Source: Nibricoccus sp. (GTDB lineage Bacteria; Verrucomicrobiota; Verrucomicrobiia; Opitutales; Opitutaceae). Taken from it: a stretch of DNA of 64,000 nt. The stretch lies in NCBI GenBank assembly GCA_047602425.1, contig JASGHG010000001.1, forward strand, positions 3,520,001-3,584,000. Reading direction: 5' to 3'. Position 1 is the stretch's first letter; each line of letters starts with the position of its first letter. The notes beneath the pieces were generated by a model that saw only the letters and a program-made list of their open reading frames with translations, did no database searches and was not told the DNA's origin. Positions 54,543 through 64,000 of this stretch are shown one piece after another. Both the position numbers and the translations under genes were made by a program.

Positions 54543-57500
54543 ATGCACGCAGTGTCCTTCCGTAGTTTCGCCCGGCTCGTCTGCCTGATTCTTTTCACAG
54601 GCCTTTCTGCCATCGGGGCACAAAACCTTGCAGTTCTCTCACCTGAGACAAAAGAAGTCGCCGCTTCCGGCGCGAGCTACACGCTCAAAGTCGAGGCTTC
54701 CTCCGACTGGGCCGCGGAAACCGATGTCAACTGGCTCGCTCTCTCTCCAGGCAAAGGCACAGGCAATGGCGAGATCGAAATTATTGTCGCGCCAAACTCC
54801 AGCAATGCCCCACGCCAAGCCAAGATCACCATTGGCGGTCAGGTTCATACGGTTGTCCAGAAAGGCCGTACCGCGACAATCACGTCTTTTGCGCAAACCA
54901 CACAAAATGCACAAGCTGCCACGGGAGCCGTTGCAAAGAAGGATATCGTAGCGGAGGCTCTTGGCGTCGATTATGTGACCGATCCTGCTATCACCACCGC
55001 GCTTCAACATTTTGGACAAATTAATGCCATCGCTTTTTGGCCCCAAGTAAACCCAACCAGCGTTTATGTGGCCGGAAATTTCACAACCGTTGGCGGCCAA
55101 ACTCGTTCGGGGGTGGCCCGTTTTAACTTGGCCAACTTGACCGATGGAGCGGATTTCAACACTGGTTCGGGTTTCGACGGAGAAGTCCGCGCCATCGCAA
55201 TCCAATCTGATGGGAAAATTATCGTGGGTGGTGATTTTGGTTCCTACAATGGCGCAGCAGTGGCGCGCATCGCTCGTCTCAACACAAACGGTACGCTCGA
55301 TACCAATTTCAATAGCGCTTATACTGCTGCGGACAAGGGCTTCAACGGCAGCGTCTACGCGCTCAAACTGCAACCAATTGGTACAAGCCAGTACGTCGTC
55401 GTTGGCGGTGCTTTTACTAAGTACAACGGTTCGGCGCAAAACTATCTCGTGCGCTTAAAACTCACGGGCGCCGCCGACGACGGTGCCATCGATACGGCAT
55501 TTGCCACAGGTACCAACCTCGATGGAGCTGTGTATGCGATCGATCTTCTCAACTCCACCAATCCAAGTCGCGTTGTCATTGGTGGTGCCTTTACTAAATA
55601 CAACGGTACGACACGCGGTCGCATCGCCCGCCTCAACGGAGCCGATGCGTCGCTAGATACAGCTTTTGCTCCAGCTGGCAGCGGACTGAACAGTATCGTC
55701 TATTGCGTCGCTGTGGTGCAAAACGCCAACCAGTCTGATGACGGCTATGTTGTCGCTGGCGGTTTGTTCGACGGTTATAATGACATTAGTCAGAACCATG
55801 TCACACGGCTGAGTTCCACCGGTGCATTGGACACCACGTTCCAAACCAATATGGGTTTTGGAATCACGGGTGTAGTGTATAGCATCGCGATTCAAGCCGA
55901 TAAACATATCGTGCTGGGTGGTAATTTTACGGCCTACGGTAATGCCACATATGACTCTATCGTTCGTGTCACTCCCGAAGGTAAGGCGGATGGTCCAACC
56001 ATTTCGACCACCACCAATGGCGTCACAACGGTAACGCAGAATCCGGACTGGTTTAATCCAGGACTTGGTTTCAATAGTAACGTTTACGCAGTTGCAATAC
56101 TGCCTGATCAAACGATTCTCGCAGGAGGACTCTTTACCAAGTACAACGATCAGCCTGCGCAAGGCCTTGCTCGAATCGCATCAACTGGTCTGAAGCATAC
56201 ACTATCCTCAGCAGAACTCAGGCGCGCTGGCATGGGCTTTATTGTTCCGACCACGGGCAATAAGTTCATTGTGGCAGGTTCGTTCGCGCGCGTGGGCAAC
56301 GACACGCGTTACGCCGTAGCACGGTTAAATTCCAATGGTACGTCTGATACCTCGTTCTATCTCAACAACGGCTTCGCGGGGAAGGGTGTTAACGCCCTTA
56401 TCCAACAATCCGATGGAGCGATTCTTATGGGTGGCTCCTTTTATTCACTCAATGGCGCGTCCTACGGCAATATCGTTCGTCTTACAGCCGAGGGCAAAGC
56501 TCAGGGTAGCAATTTGACCACGACCTCGTACGATTCAAATACGAGTCAAACCACCACCCTGACACGGGCGTTCGTTGAGACGGCTGGCGATCCTAACCTC
56601 GGCAAGGTCAAAGTTACGAAAACGATTACTGATGCGAATGGCAACAAGGTGGGATCTGATTCGGAATACTACTTGGATAACGCCGATTGGTTTCTCAACA
56701 ACGGCGGCTTTAACAAGCCCGTCCACGCCCTGCTAATTACCGACAATCTCGGACACATTCTTGCCGGAGGCGAGTTTACCGCCTACGACACCTCCACGCG
56801 CAACTATCTCGCACTATTGCGCTCTGACGGCACCCTGGAAAACTTCAATAGTAACGCTACCGGTGGTTTTGATGGAAACGTCTACGCCCTCGCCAAACAA
56901 ACGGTGGGTACCGCCACTAAATTCATCGTTGGCGGAGCTTTCACGAAATTCGAAGGGGTGGCACGCAATCGGTTGGCGCGTCTAAATGCCGATGGTACCC
57001 TCGACAGCACATTCACACTGCAAGGCACCGGCTTCGATGGCGACGTTCGTTGTGTGGCAGTTCAAACCATCACCACGACCGTTGGCACGACGACAACTTC
57101 AACGGATTACATCCTGGTTGGCGGTTATTTCAGAAATTATAATGCCACCGACAACAAACGCAGTGGCCTCGTCCGGTTAAAAACCGATGGCTCCCTTGAT
57201 ACGTCCTTCAACGCCCTGAATGCCACAACCAATCCAAACAACGACGGTTTCACATGGCTGGGCCTCGCGCCCAATGTCGAGTCGATCACGGTACAAAGCG
57301 ACGGGAAGATTCTCGTTGGCGGTGATTTTACGACTTACAACGGAGCCTCCACAACCAACACGGGGATCGTTCGTTTGAATCAAGATGGCGTTCGTGATGG
57401 GACCTTCACGGTAAATGGTGGCGCAGGCCTGACTGATGGTTATGCCCGGCAGATTCTTGTCAGCAGCGACGGCGCGCGGCTATATCTTGCAGGGGCGAGC

Positions 57501-57773
57501 ACGTCTTCCCAGATTGGCGTGGCGGTATTGACCAGTTCGTCTTCGTCTTCCTCATCGAGCAGCAGCTCTTCCTCGTCAAGCAGCTCATCGTCTTCTTCAT
57601 CGTCGAGCAGCAGTTCCTCTTCCTCCAGCAGTTCTTCGTCGTCGAGTAGTTCAAGTTCATCGTCATCCGGAGCCGCCACTTCCGATAGCGGTGGCGGTGG
57701 TGCATTGGGTTGGTACTATTTCGCGGCTCTTGGTCTCGCGCTTGGCCTTCGCCTAAATCGGCGTCGTTGCTGA
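54543..57773 (+). CDS. Surface protein: BACON-like domain, delta-60 repeats, Ser45 linker, GlyGly-CTERM-like anchor
   Basis: WAAETDVNWL (BACON-like); repeated AIQSDGKIIVGGDF...ARLNxDGTLD; SGGGGALGW-TM-RRR. Confidence 0.85.
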   Translation: MHAVSFRSFARLVCLILFTGLSAIGAQNLAVLSPETKEVAASGASYTLKVEASSDWAAETDVNWLALSPGKGTGNGEIEIIVAPNSSNAPRQAKITIGGQVHTVVQKGRTATITSFAQTTQNAQAATGAVAKKDIVAEALGVDYVTDPAITTALQHFGQINAIAFWPQVNPTSVYVAGNFTTVGGQTRSGVARFNLANLTDGADFNTGSGFDGEVRAIAIQSDGKIIVGGDFGSYNGAAVARIARLNTNGTLDTNFNSAYTAADKGFNGSVYALKLQPIGTSQYVVVGGAFTKYNGSAQNYLVRLKLTGAADDGAIDTAFATGTNLDGAVYAIDLLNSTNPSRVVIGGAFTKYNGTTRGRIARLNGADASLDTAFAPAGSGLNSIVYCVAVVQNANQSDDGYVVAGGLFDGYNDISQNHVTRLSSTGALDTTFQTNMGFGITGVVYSIAIQADKHIVLGGNFTAYGNATYDSIVRVTPEGKADGPTISTTTNGVTTVTQNPDWFNPGLGFNSNVYAVAILPDQTILAGGLFTKYNDQPAQGLARIASTGLKHTLSSAELRRAGMGFIVPTTGNKFIVAGSFARVGNDTRYAVARLNSNGTSDTSFYLNNGFAGKGVNALIQQSDGAILMGGSFYSLNGASYGNIVRLTAEGKAQGSNLTTTSYDSNTSQTTTLTRAFVETAGDPNLGKVKVTKTITDANGNKVGSDSEYYLDNADWFLNNGGFNKPVHALLITDNLGHILAGGEFTAYDTSTRNYLALLRSDGTLENFNSNATGGFDGNVYALAKQTVGTATKFIVGGAFTKFEGVARNRLARLNADGTLDSTFTLQGTGFDGDVRCVAVQTITTTVGTTTTSTDYILVGGYFRNYNATDNKRSGLVRLKTDGSLDTSFNALNATTNPNNDGFTWLGLAPNVESITVQSDGKILVGGDFTTYNGASTTNTGIVRLNQDGVRDGTFTVNGGAGLTDGYARQILVSSDGARLYLAGASTSSQIGVAVLTSSSSSSSSSSSSSSSSSSSSSSSSSSSSSSSSSSSSSSSSSSSSSGAATSDSGGGGALGWYYFAALGLALGLRLNRRRC

Positions 57774-57798
57774 TTTCGTTGAACTTGCGCCCGCAACC

Positions 57799-58293
57799 AT
57801 GAAGGTCGCCTGCATTCTCGGATTTTTCCTCTTACTTTCGCCGTTTTCCATGGCGAAGCCGGGAGTGAGTGCGGAAACGAACCAACTGGCTTTGAGTGTC
57901 GGCGCCTCCGGCATTTTTGACACCGAGCACAATCTCACATTTGTCGCCGAGTATCGGTTTGGTCGCGACTGGCACGGCATCCACCCTTGGATCGGTATGA
58001 GTTGGGCTACGGATGGCGCGGTCTTCGCCGGCGGAGGTATTCTATATTCGATCGCGCTTGCCGGTGGCGATTGGCGACTCACTGCGGGTGCGGGACCAGG
58101 CTATTATGAACGTCATCAAGGCACCGATTTGGGCAGCCATTTGGAATTCTGCACGTTTGGAGAAATTTCCCGCAACATGTCATGGGGACATCGGGTCATG
58201 GTTAGGCTGATGCATATCTCCAACGGTGGCCTGACCGAAAGAAATCCAGGCAACGAACTTCTTTTGCTCGGCTACGCTATGCCCTTGCCATAA
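57799..58293 (+). CDS. pagL: Lipid A 3-O-deacylase (PagL/acyloxyacyl hydrolase)
   Basis: Signal peptide, DLGSHLEF, HISNGG..NPG.E catalytic motif. Confidence 0.82.
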   Translation: MKVACILGFFLLLSPFSMAKPGVSAETNQLALSVGASGIFDTEHNLTFVAEYRFGRDWHGIHPWIGMSWATDGAVFAGGGILYSIALAGGDWRLTAGAGPGYYERHQGTDLGSHLEFCTFGEISRNMSWGHRVMVRLMHISNGGLTERNPGNELLLLGYAMPLP

Positions 58294-58367
58294 CCGCCCA
58301 AATTCCGCTGCATTCACCCTTTTCCCGCAACCTTCTTAAACTCCACGCATCGTTGGTAGAGCGTTAC

Positions 58368-59927
58368 ATGAATCATCTCCGTTTTCATCTTTTCCTAGTT
58401 AGTTTGATGTCGTTGGTTGCGATCCCTGTTTTCGCCGACGAAACCACAGCGATCCTGCCGGAAAAAGAAGAAGATATTCCTGTGGAGTTTATTCCGACGC
58501 TGGACACAACAATTTCTGTGGGCTTGCGCCGCCTTAATAGCGGTCCGAAAGTTCGCTTCGGGAATCTCGGTGGGTTAGGCCAGCCGATAACGGTCAATCC
58601 CAACGACACGACTCCTGGTTTTCAGTCACACTATTACACAGACGGCGTGGTCAATGCCGACTCTCACTACGGCGCCGAGATGATCACGCCCGGCGTGGGC
58701 ATTGGCGGCGAATATAGCACCAATGATTTTATCGCCGTAAGAGGTGATGGAGGAAAGACCATCACTGTCTACACGAGGATTGCGACTGCCGTATTAAATC
58801 CGGACGGGACTGTGTTCAAAAATTCCGACGGCACGTACGTTCCTAATACAGTTTCAAAAGGAAGCGACGGAAACACGGTGCAGAATATTGATTATACTTT
58901 TGCCTCCACGGCGAAGTTTCTTGCGTACCAGCCAGGCCAGACGCGCAGTTGGAGCGCTCTGAACAAATCTCAGCTCAAGGCGGACGGTACCGTGGAAATG
59001 CACGCTGACGGCATTATGACTTCGGGCGCCTCGCTTGAGGCCGATAGTAGTTCCAGCACCGGGTTTGACGTAAACGTTGAGCGTCGTCTCGGCAAACGAG
59101 GTCGTCTCGATTGGGGCGTTTCGGCCGGTTTAAATTTCGCCTATATTAACGCAAAAGCGTCCGGCGTTTTCCCAGCTTTTCTGTTACGGACAACTGATAC
59201 CTACCGCATGGTGGACACTGGTTTTAACCACAATGCCATCATCAACCGCACGGTCGATCCCGCGCAGCCTAATGGCATCACCGGTCAAACTGATCTCGCG
59301 GTGAAACTCTATAGTGATCCTTCCGCACCGGTTTGGAGATACGTCGATGCGACGACTGCGCCCGTCAATGTGACTAGCGGAGCGGATCTTTCTACGGCAA
59401 CTCCTTTGGCCTATGGTTATACGCCGGGCCAAGCCACGATTGCAGGAGTCGTCATGATCCATGGAAACTATCAACTTAAGGGCTCCTATATGCTTTCGCA
59501 TGTTGGACCTTCATTCCGATATAACTTTAACGATCGTTGGGCGGTCAGCGGTACGGTGGGTTTGGCTCTTGGCTGGATCGGTACGAACTTTTACTCCACG
59601 GAATATTACAATACTTGGAACGACGTTCCCGTGGCATTACGTCCCGATGAAGAAGGGAACACGACGGAGTACCATTGGAACGAATCAAATTCCACCCACA
59701 AATTCAGATTGGGTCTCTACTACGATATCAATTTGGAATATTGGGTAACTGACCGAACGGGCTTTTATGCCGGTATTACCGGGCAAAGTCTGCGCGATTT
59801 TACCCAACGCCGACTGGGCGACCGCGTTGATCCACGAGATCCCTCTAAAATCATTCCTGGTCGAACAGCTACCATCGATATGGGTCAGGGTGCGGGCTGG
59901 ACCATTGGTATTCGTACCCGCTTCTAA
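58368..59927 (+). CDS. Hypothetical outer-membrane beta-barrel protein
   Basis: Signal peptide, amphipathic beta strands, C-terminal IGIRTRF. Confidence 0.7.
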   Translation: MNHLRFHLFLVSLMSLVAIPVFADETTAILPEKEEDIPVEFIPTLDTTISVGLRRLNSGPKVRFGNLGGLGQPITVNPNDTTPGFQSHYYTDGVVNADSHYGAEMITPGVGIGGEYSTNDFIAVRGDGGKTITVYTRIATAVLNPDGTVFKNSDGTYVPNTVSKGSDGNTVQNIDYTFASTAKFLAYQPGQTRSWSALNKSQLKADGTVEMHADGIMTSGASLEADSSSSTGFDVNVERRLGKRGRLDWGVSAGLNFAYINAKASGVFPAFLLRTTDTYRMVDTGFNHNAIINRTVDPAQPNGITGQTDLAVKLYSDPSAPVWRYVDATTAPVNVTSGADLSTATPLAYGYTPGQATIAGVVMIHGNYQLKGSYMLSHVGPSFRYNFNDRWAVSGTVGLALGWIGTNFYSTEYYNTWNDVPVALRPDEEGNTTEYHWNESNSTHKFRLGLYYDINLEYWVTDRTGFYAGITGQSLRDFTQRRLGDRVDPRDPSKIIPGRTATIDMGQGAGWTIGIRTRF

Positions 59928-60045
59928 ATCGGAATCTGGCACTCACGGTGCTCGCGTCGCCTAGCGATCAGGCGATTGCCAAACCACAAGAAATCGACAG
60001 CGTCTTTGGTGGATGCGACGTTGAGCGTCCTGCGTTTGCTTTCTG

Positions 60046-60820
60046 TTACGACCCCAGCTTTGTGTAATCGAGCACGGTGTGGCTGATATGGCCGGCGGCG
60101 AGCGCCTTGCGGTCGGTCAACGGTTGTTCGGGGGAGATATCCTGGCCGAGTTTAAAAACGAAACGGTGGGTGCCATCGTCGGCCTGTGGACTGAAAAGTC
60201 CCGGGATGATCACTCGCGCGGGCACGGTGCGGCGGACGTCAGTGTCTCCCGTGCACGGATATGGGAAGTTGACGTTGTGGACAATGAAGCTCTGTGCGGC
60301 GGTGGCGTGGGCGAATTTCGGGATGAACTTGGCAGCATGGGCGCAAGAGGCGCGAAGGGTGGCGAGAACCGCCGGACTGGATTTTCCTTTGTTCCTGCGG
60401 ACTTGTTCGAATTCTTCGAGTGGCAAATCTTGGGAGAGCGCGATGGCGGGCAAGCCGTGGACGGCGCCTTCGAATGCTCCCGCGATCGTGCCACTGGCCA
60501 GCATAAAACCGATGCTGGCGTTGAAGCCGAGATTCACGCCGCTGACCACGGCATCGGGGCGTTCCGGCAGCAGATGGGCAATGCCGATATTGACGCAATC
60601 GCTCGGCGTCCCGTCGACAACCCACGTAGGGCAGCCAAGGTCCGCGATCTTCAGGTTTGGATGAAACCGGGCGATGACGGGATTTTGCGGCGCCGATCCA
60701 GCTTTGTTCGGTCTTCGGTGCGACGACGTAAACTTCATTGCCTGCATGACGCAGGGCATGCACGAGTTCGTGCAGAAAGACACTTTCGATACTATCGTCG
60801 TTGGTAAGAAGAAGGCGCAT
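60046..60820 (-). pseudogene. surE: 5'/3'-nucleotidase SurE, frameshifted at ~60640 (real or sequencing error)
   Basis: MRLLLTNDD...VVAPKTEQSW in one frame; GTPSDCV, VVSGVNLGFN, SGTIAGAFEG in another. Confidence 0.88.
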
Positions 60821-60949
60821 GGTGCGAGAAAGGACGAGAGTGAAGGTGGAACGCAGGAAAGTCAGGAACGGAAATCAATTTTTTGGAACGAATGGACGGG
60901 GTGCTTGGAAGCGCGAAAATTTCGCCGGTATTTCCGAGTTCCTTATTCA

Positions 60950-60981
60950 AAAGAAAAAGCCGAAGGCCTGAGCCTTCGGCT
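60950..60981 (-). terminator. Terminator after the RidA-family gene
   Basis: AGCCGAAGGC-CTGA-GCCTTCGGCT with a T tract on the minus strand. Confidence 0.82.
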
Positions 60982-61022
60982 GCGAAAAAGAGCAGGATCA
61001 AAAGAATGACGAACGTTAGCTG

Positions 61023-61505
61023 TCAGCGCGCGGCGTCGGGAAAAATGGCGATCACTTCGACTTCGATGACGTGTTCGGGTTGGAAGAGACGAGCGACTTG
61101 GACCCAGGTCGCGGCGGGGAAATCTGTTCCATAGTAGCTTTTGCGAACATTTGCGTTGGCTTTGAGCGCTTCGATGTCGGTGGTATAAATGGTTTCCTTA
61201 ACCACGTGTTGGAAGCCAAGGCCGTGCGCGGCGAGGGTTTTGGCAACGTTGTCGTAGGATTTCTTGATGGCCGCGGGCATGGCACCGCCACCGGTTATGC
61301 CGGAAACATAAAGCGTGTTTCCTACGCGGACGGCCTGGGTGTAACCGATCTCATTTTCCCAAGGACCTCGGTTAAACTTTTTTTTGGCGAGTGAAGGTTG
61401 TTCGGTGACAGCGGGGACGGCCGGTGCATCCGCAGCGATGATGGTCGAACTCACGATGGCGAGTACGGCGAGAAAGATGAAAAGGCGCGAGAGGGAGTTT
61501 TTCAT
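61023..61505 (-). CDS. RidA/YjgF-family protein with signal peptide
   Basis: GYTQAVRVGNTLYVSG, FPAATWVQVARL, IEVEVIA; hydrophobic N-terminus. Confidence 0.85.
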   Translation of the reverse strand: MKNSLSRLFIFLAVLAIVSSTIIAADAPAVPAVTEQPSLAKKKFNRGPWENEIGYTQAVRVGNTLYVSGITGGGAMPAAIKKSYDNVAKTLAAHGLGFQHVVKETIYTTDIEALKANANVRKSYYGTDFPAATWVQVARLFQPEHVIEVEVIAIFPDAAR

Positions 61506-61552
61506 GTTGTTCTATAAACACCTAATCCCGCTAAAACCCTTTTGTTGGCAAT

Positions 61553-61583
61553 AAAAAAGCCGGAGGCGATGAAGCTCCCGGCT
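61553..61583 (-). terminator. Terminator after pnp
   Basis: AGCCGGGAGC...GCCTCCGGCT followed by T tract on the minus strand. Confidence 0.75.
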
Positions 61584-61617
61584 GGAGAAACAGTAAGATG
61601 CAGAGAATGAAGAACGG

Positions 61618-63807
61618 TTAGCTGGCGGTCGGCGCAGCCGGAGCGGCGGGCGCTTGTTCGCCTTGCTTCTGGGCTTCCATTTCCTTCAAGGCGGCTTTGC
61701 GCGAGAGCCGGACTTTGCCGGACTTCTCGTCGATGCCAATGCACTTTACCCACATCTCATCGCCAACTTTGCAGACGTCCTCGGTGCGGCGCACGCGGAA
61801 GTCGGCGAGTTCGCTGATGTGGCAGAGGCCTTCCTTACCGGGCAGGCACTCGACAAAAGCGCCAAACTCCTTGGTGCCTTTGACGACACCGCGGTAGAGC
61901 TTGCCGTTTTCGATCTGGGCGCCACCGCCGCAGAGGACGTCGATTTCCTGCACGGCGCGGTTCATCGCATCGGCATTGTTCGAGTAAATGAACACCTTGC
62001 CGGAATCGTCTTCGGCAATGTCGATCTGCGCACCGGTCGTTTCCGTGATGCGGCGGATCGTTTTGCCACCGGGTCCGATGAGCAGGCCGATCTTTTCGGG
62101 ATCGATCTGGATCGTCTGGATGCGAGGAGCGTACTTGCTGAGGTCGGCGCGCGGAGCGGGCAGGGCGGCAAGCATGGTCTTGAGGATTTCGACGCGGGCG
62201 TCGCGAGCTTGGAAGATCGCGGTCTTGGCGATTTCGAAGGGCAAGCCGTTAATCTTGAGGTCGAGTTGGAAGCCGGTGATGCCCTTGGTGGTGCCAGCGA
62301 GCTTGAAGTCCATGTCGCCGAAGTGATCTTCCTCACCGAGGATGTCGGTGATGGTGACCCACTTTTCAATCGAGCCGTCGGCGGCGTTCTGGGTCATGAG
62401 ACCGCAGCTGATGCCAGCGACCGGAGCGATGATCGGCACGCCAGCGTCCATGAGGGACAAGCAGCCGCCGCAGATCGAAGCCATCGAGGTCGAGCCGTTG
62501 GAGGCCATGATCTCGGAGACAACGCGTATCGAATAAGGGAATACATCTTCGGGCGGGAGCACCGGGACGAGCGAGCGCTCGGCGAGGGCACCGTGGCCAA
62601 TTTCGCGGCGACCGGGGGAGCCGAAGCGACCGGTTTCACCGACGGAGAATGGCGGGAAGTTGTAGTGGAGGATGAAGCTCTTGGACTTCGCACCGCCGGT
62701 GAGGCCGTCCATTTCCTGGGCTTCCTTAGTCGGCCCGAGGGTGGTGAGGGCGATGTTCTGGGTGTCGCCGCGCTGGAACATGGCCGAACCATGCACGCGA
62801 GGCAAAACGCCAACCTGCGAGCTCAGCGGACGGATGTCCTTCTGGCCGCGTCCGTCGGCACGCACGCCTTTTTCGAGGACGGTCTTGCGGTAGGCTTTGT
62901 ATTGGAGGTCTTCGAAGACGACGTTGAGGTCGACATCGGTGAATTTGTCAGCGCCGAGTTCGGCGGTTAGGGCGACCTTGGCTTCTTCCTTGAGGAGTTT
63001 GACGGCGGCACCGCGAGCGGCCTTTTCCTTGCCGAAAATGGCGGTGGCGAGGCGTTCGGCGGGAACGACGCGCTCGATGATGGCGCGGGCCTCGGGCGTG
63101 GCGCCGACGAGGGCGAACGTGGCCTTGGGCTTGCCGCAGAGAGCGACGAGTTCCTTGATGGCCTTGATAATCGGCTGGATGGCCTGCTGGCCGAACGCGA
63201 GGGCTTCGACGAAGCGCTCTTCGGTGATCTGGTCCGCCGAACCTTCGATCATCAACATGTCCTTCTCGGTGCCGACGTAGATGAGGTCGAGCGAGGAGGA
63301 ATACATCTGTTCGATGGTTGGGTTGGCGACGAACTGACCGTCGATTTCGGCAACGCGAACGGCGGCAATCGGGCCGGCCCACGGAATGTCGGAGATGGCG
63401 AGAGCGGCGCTGGCGCCGTTGACCATCGGGATATCGGCTTCGTTAAGCTGGTCGGCCGACATGAGCTGGCCGATGATCTGCACTTCATTGAGGAAACCCT
63501 CGGGGAAGAGCGGGCGGCAAGGACGGTCGCAAAGACGCGACGTGAGAATTTCTTTTTCGGAAGGACGTCCTTCGCGTTTGAAATAGCCACCGGGGAAACG
63601 GCCGGCCGCGGCGTATTTTTCGCGGTAGTCAACGGTGAGCGGGAAGAAGTCCTGGCCGGGTTTCATGCTCTGCGCGACGCAGGCGGTGACAAAGACGTTG
63701 GTTTCGCCGACGTTGACGTTGACTGCGCCGTTGGCGAGTTGGGCGTAGGAGCCGGTGGAGAACGTGATCCCGAGTTCCGGGACCGTTACGATATGTTTCT
63801 GATTCAT
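61618..63807 (-). CDS. pnp: Polyribonucleotide nucleotidyltransferase
   Basis: [33 protein letters not shown] domain (IGPGGK) and S1 domain. Confidence 0.98.
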   Translation of the reverse strand: MNQKHIVTVPELGITFSTGSYAQLANGAVNVNVGETNVFVTACVAQSMKPGQDFFPLTVDYREKYAAAGRFPGGYFKREGRPSEKEILTSRLCDRPCRPLFPEGFLNEVQIIGQLMSADQLNEADIPMVNGASAALAISDIPWAGPIAAVRVAEIDGQFVANPTIEQMYSSSLDLIYVGTEKDMLMIEGSADQITEERFVEALAFGQQAIQPIIKAIKELVALCGKPKATFALVGATPEARAIIERVVPAERLATAIFGKEKAARGAAVKLLKEEAKVALTAELGADKFTDVDLNVVFEDLQYKAYRKTVLEKGVRADGRGQKDIRPLSSQVGVLPRVHGSAMFQRGDTQNIALTTLGPTKEAQEMDGLTGGAKSKSFILHYNFPPFSVGETGRFGSPGRREIGHGALAERSLVPVLPPEDVFPYSIRVVSEIMASNGSTSMASICGGCLSLMDAGVPIIAPVAGISCGLMTQNAADGSIEKWVTITDILGEEDHFGDMDFKLAGTTKGITGFQLDLKINGLPFEIAKTAIFQARDARVEILKTMLAALPAPRADLSKYAPRIQTIQIDPEKIGLLIGPGGKTIRRITETTGAQIDIAEDDSGKVFIYSNNADAMNRAVQEIDVLCGGGAQIENGKLYRGVVKGTKEFGAFVECLPGKEGLCHISELADFRVRRTEDVCKVGDEMWVKCIGIDEKSGKVRLSRKAALKEMEAQKQGEQAPAAPAAPTAS

Positions 63808-64000
63808 TTTATTCTTATGCGGATTGTGCGTCTCGGATAGATCGAACGGGATCGCGGCGCACGGCGGACGGGTTCGGGGTTTGCGCCTCCCGGATGAGAA
63901 GCGGCCAACGCGGGTTTTGGGTGCGCGGGACTTGATGGGCGGTAACCGGCCCTTGCATCCTCGGTCTAATCGACCAGAGAGATTTCCGTTTGGCCCCGAA

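Noticed and set aside
57534..57668. Microsatellite or phase-variable tract
   Set aside because: Codons are heterogeneous; it is a protein-level poly-Ser rather than a DNA tandem repeat.
63808..64000. Defined ncRNA or RNase III leader upstream of pnp
   Set aside because: Some complementarity is present (GCGCAC/GTGCGC), but I cannot define a confident structure and the region is cut by the window edge.

Overview
High-GC bacterial chromosome window. The gene repertoire and repeat style suggest Verrucomicrobia (Opitutaceae-like); this is an inference. In order, it holds: the 3' part of tkt; an IS hotspot (an IS630 with an IS200/IS605 tnpA element nested in its right inverted repeat, plus a REP-containing IS630-type MITE); a MarR/MFP/RND/TolC efflux operon; and a ~19 kb pectin (RG-II-like) utilisation locus (GH141-like, TonB-dependent receptor, two PL1-like lyases with one frameshifted, GH95, DUF3826, Tat-exported isomerase), interrupted by two AT-richer tandem TMTC-like GT-C/TPR genes. 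Next come tRNA-CAT, a GT1, an orphan Trp/Arg-rich secreted peptide, a desaturase-like gene, acpH, cls, tRNA-Tyr with a 170-bp downstream duplication, radC, a SurA-like PPIase, mfd, rnc, soj/parA, a pectate lyase, tRNA-Cys, an ABC exporter, a nucleotidyltransferase-GHMP kinase fusion and a GreA-like gene. The window ends with a receiver protein divergent from a three-gene ParA operon, a delta-60/poly-Ser/GlyGly-CTERM surface protein, pagL, an OM barrel, frameshifted surE, an exported RidA and pnp. The best candidate for an undescribed system is the ParA operon at 51680-54375: a ParA/MinD ATPase, an alphaCTD/HhH-like protein ending in a MinD-type amphipathic helix, and a coiled-coil protein. Also notable is a family of small palindromes with a CTATTAG-type core: one is the IS630 target and one lies in-frame inside mfd. 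All product calls come from motif recognition by eye; no database searches were run.
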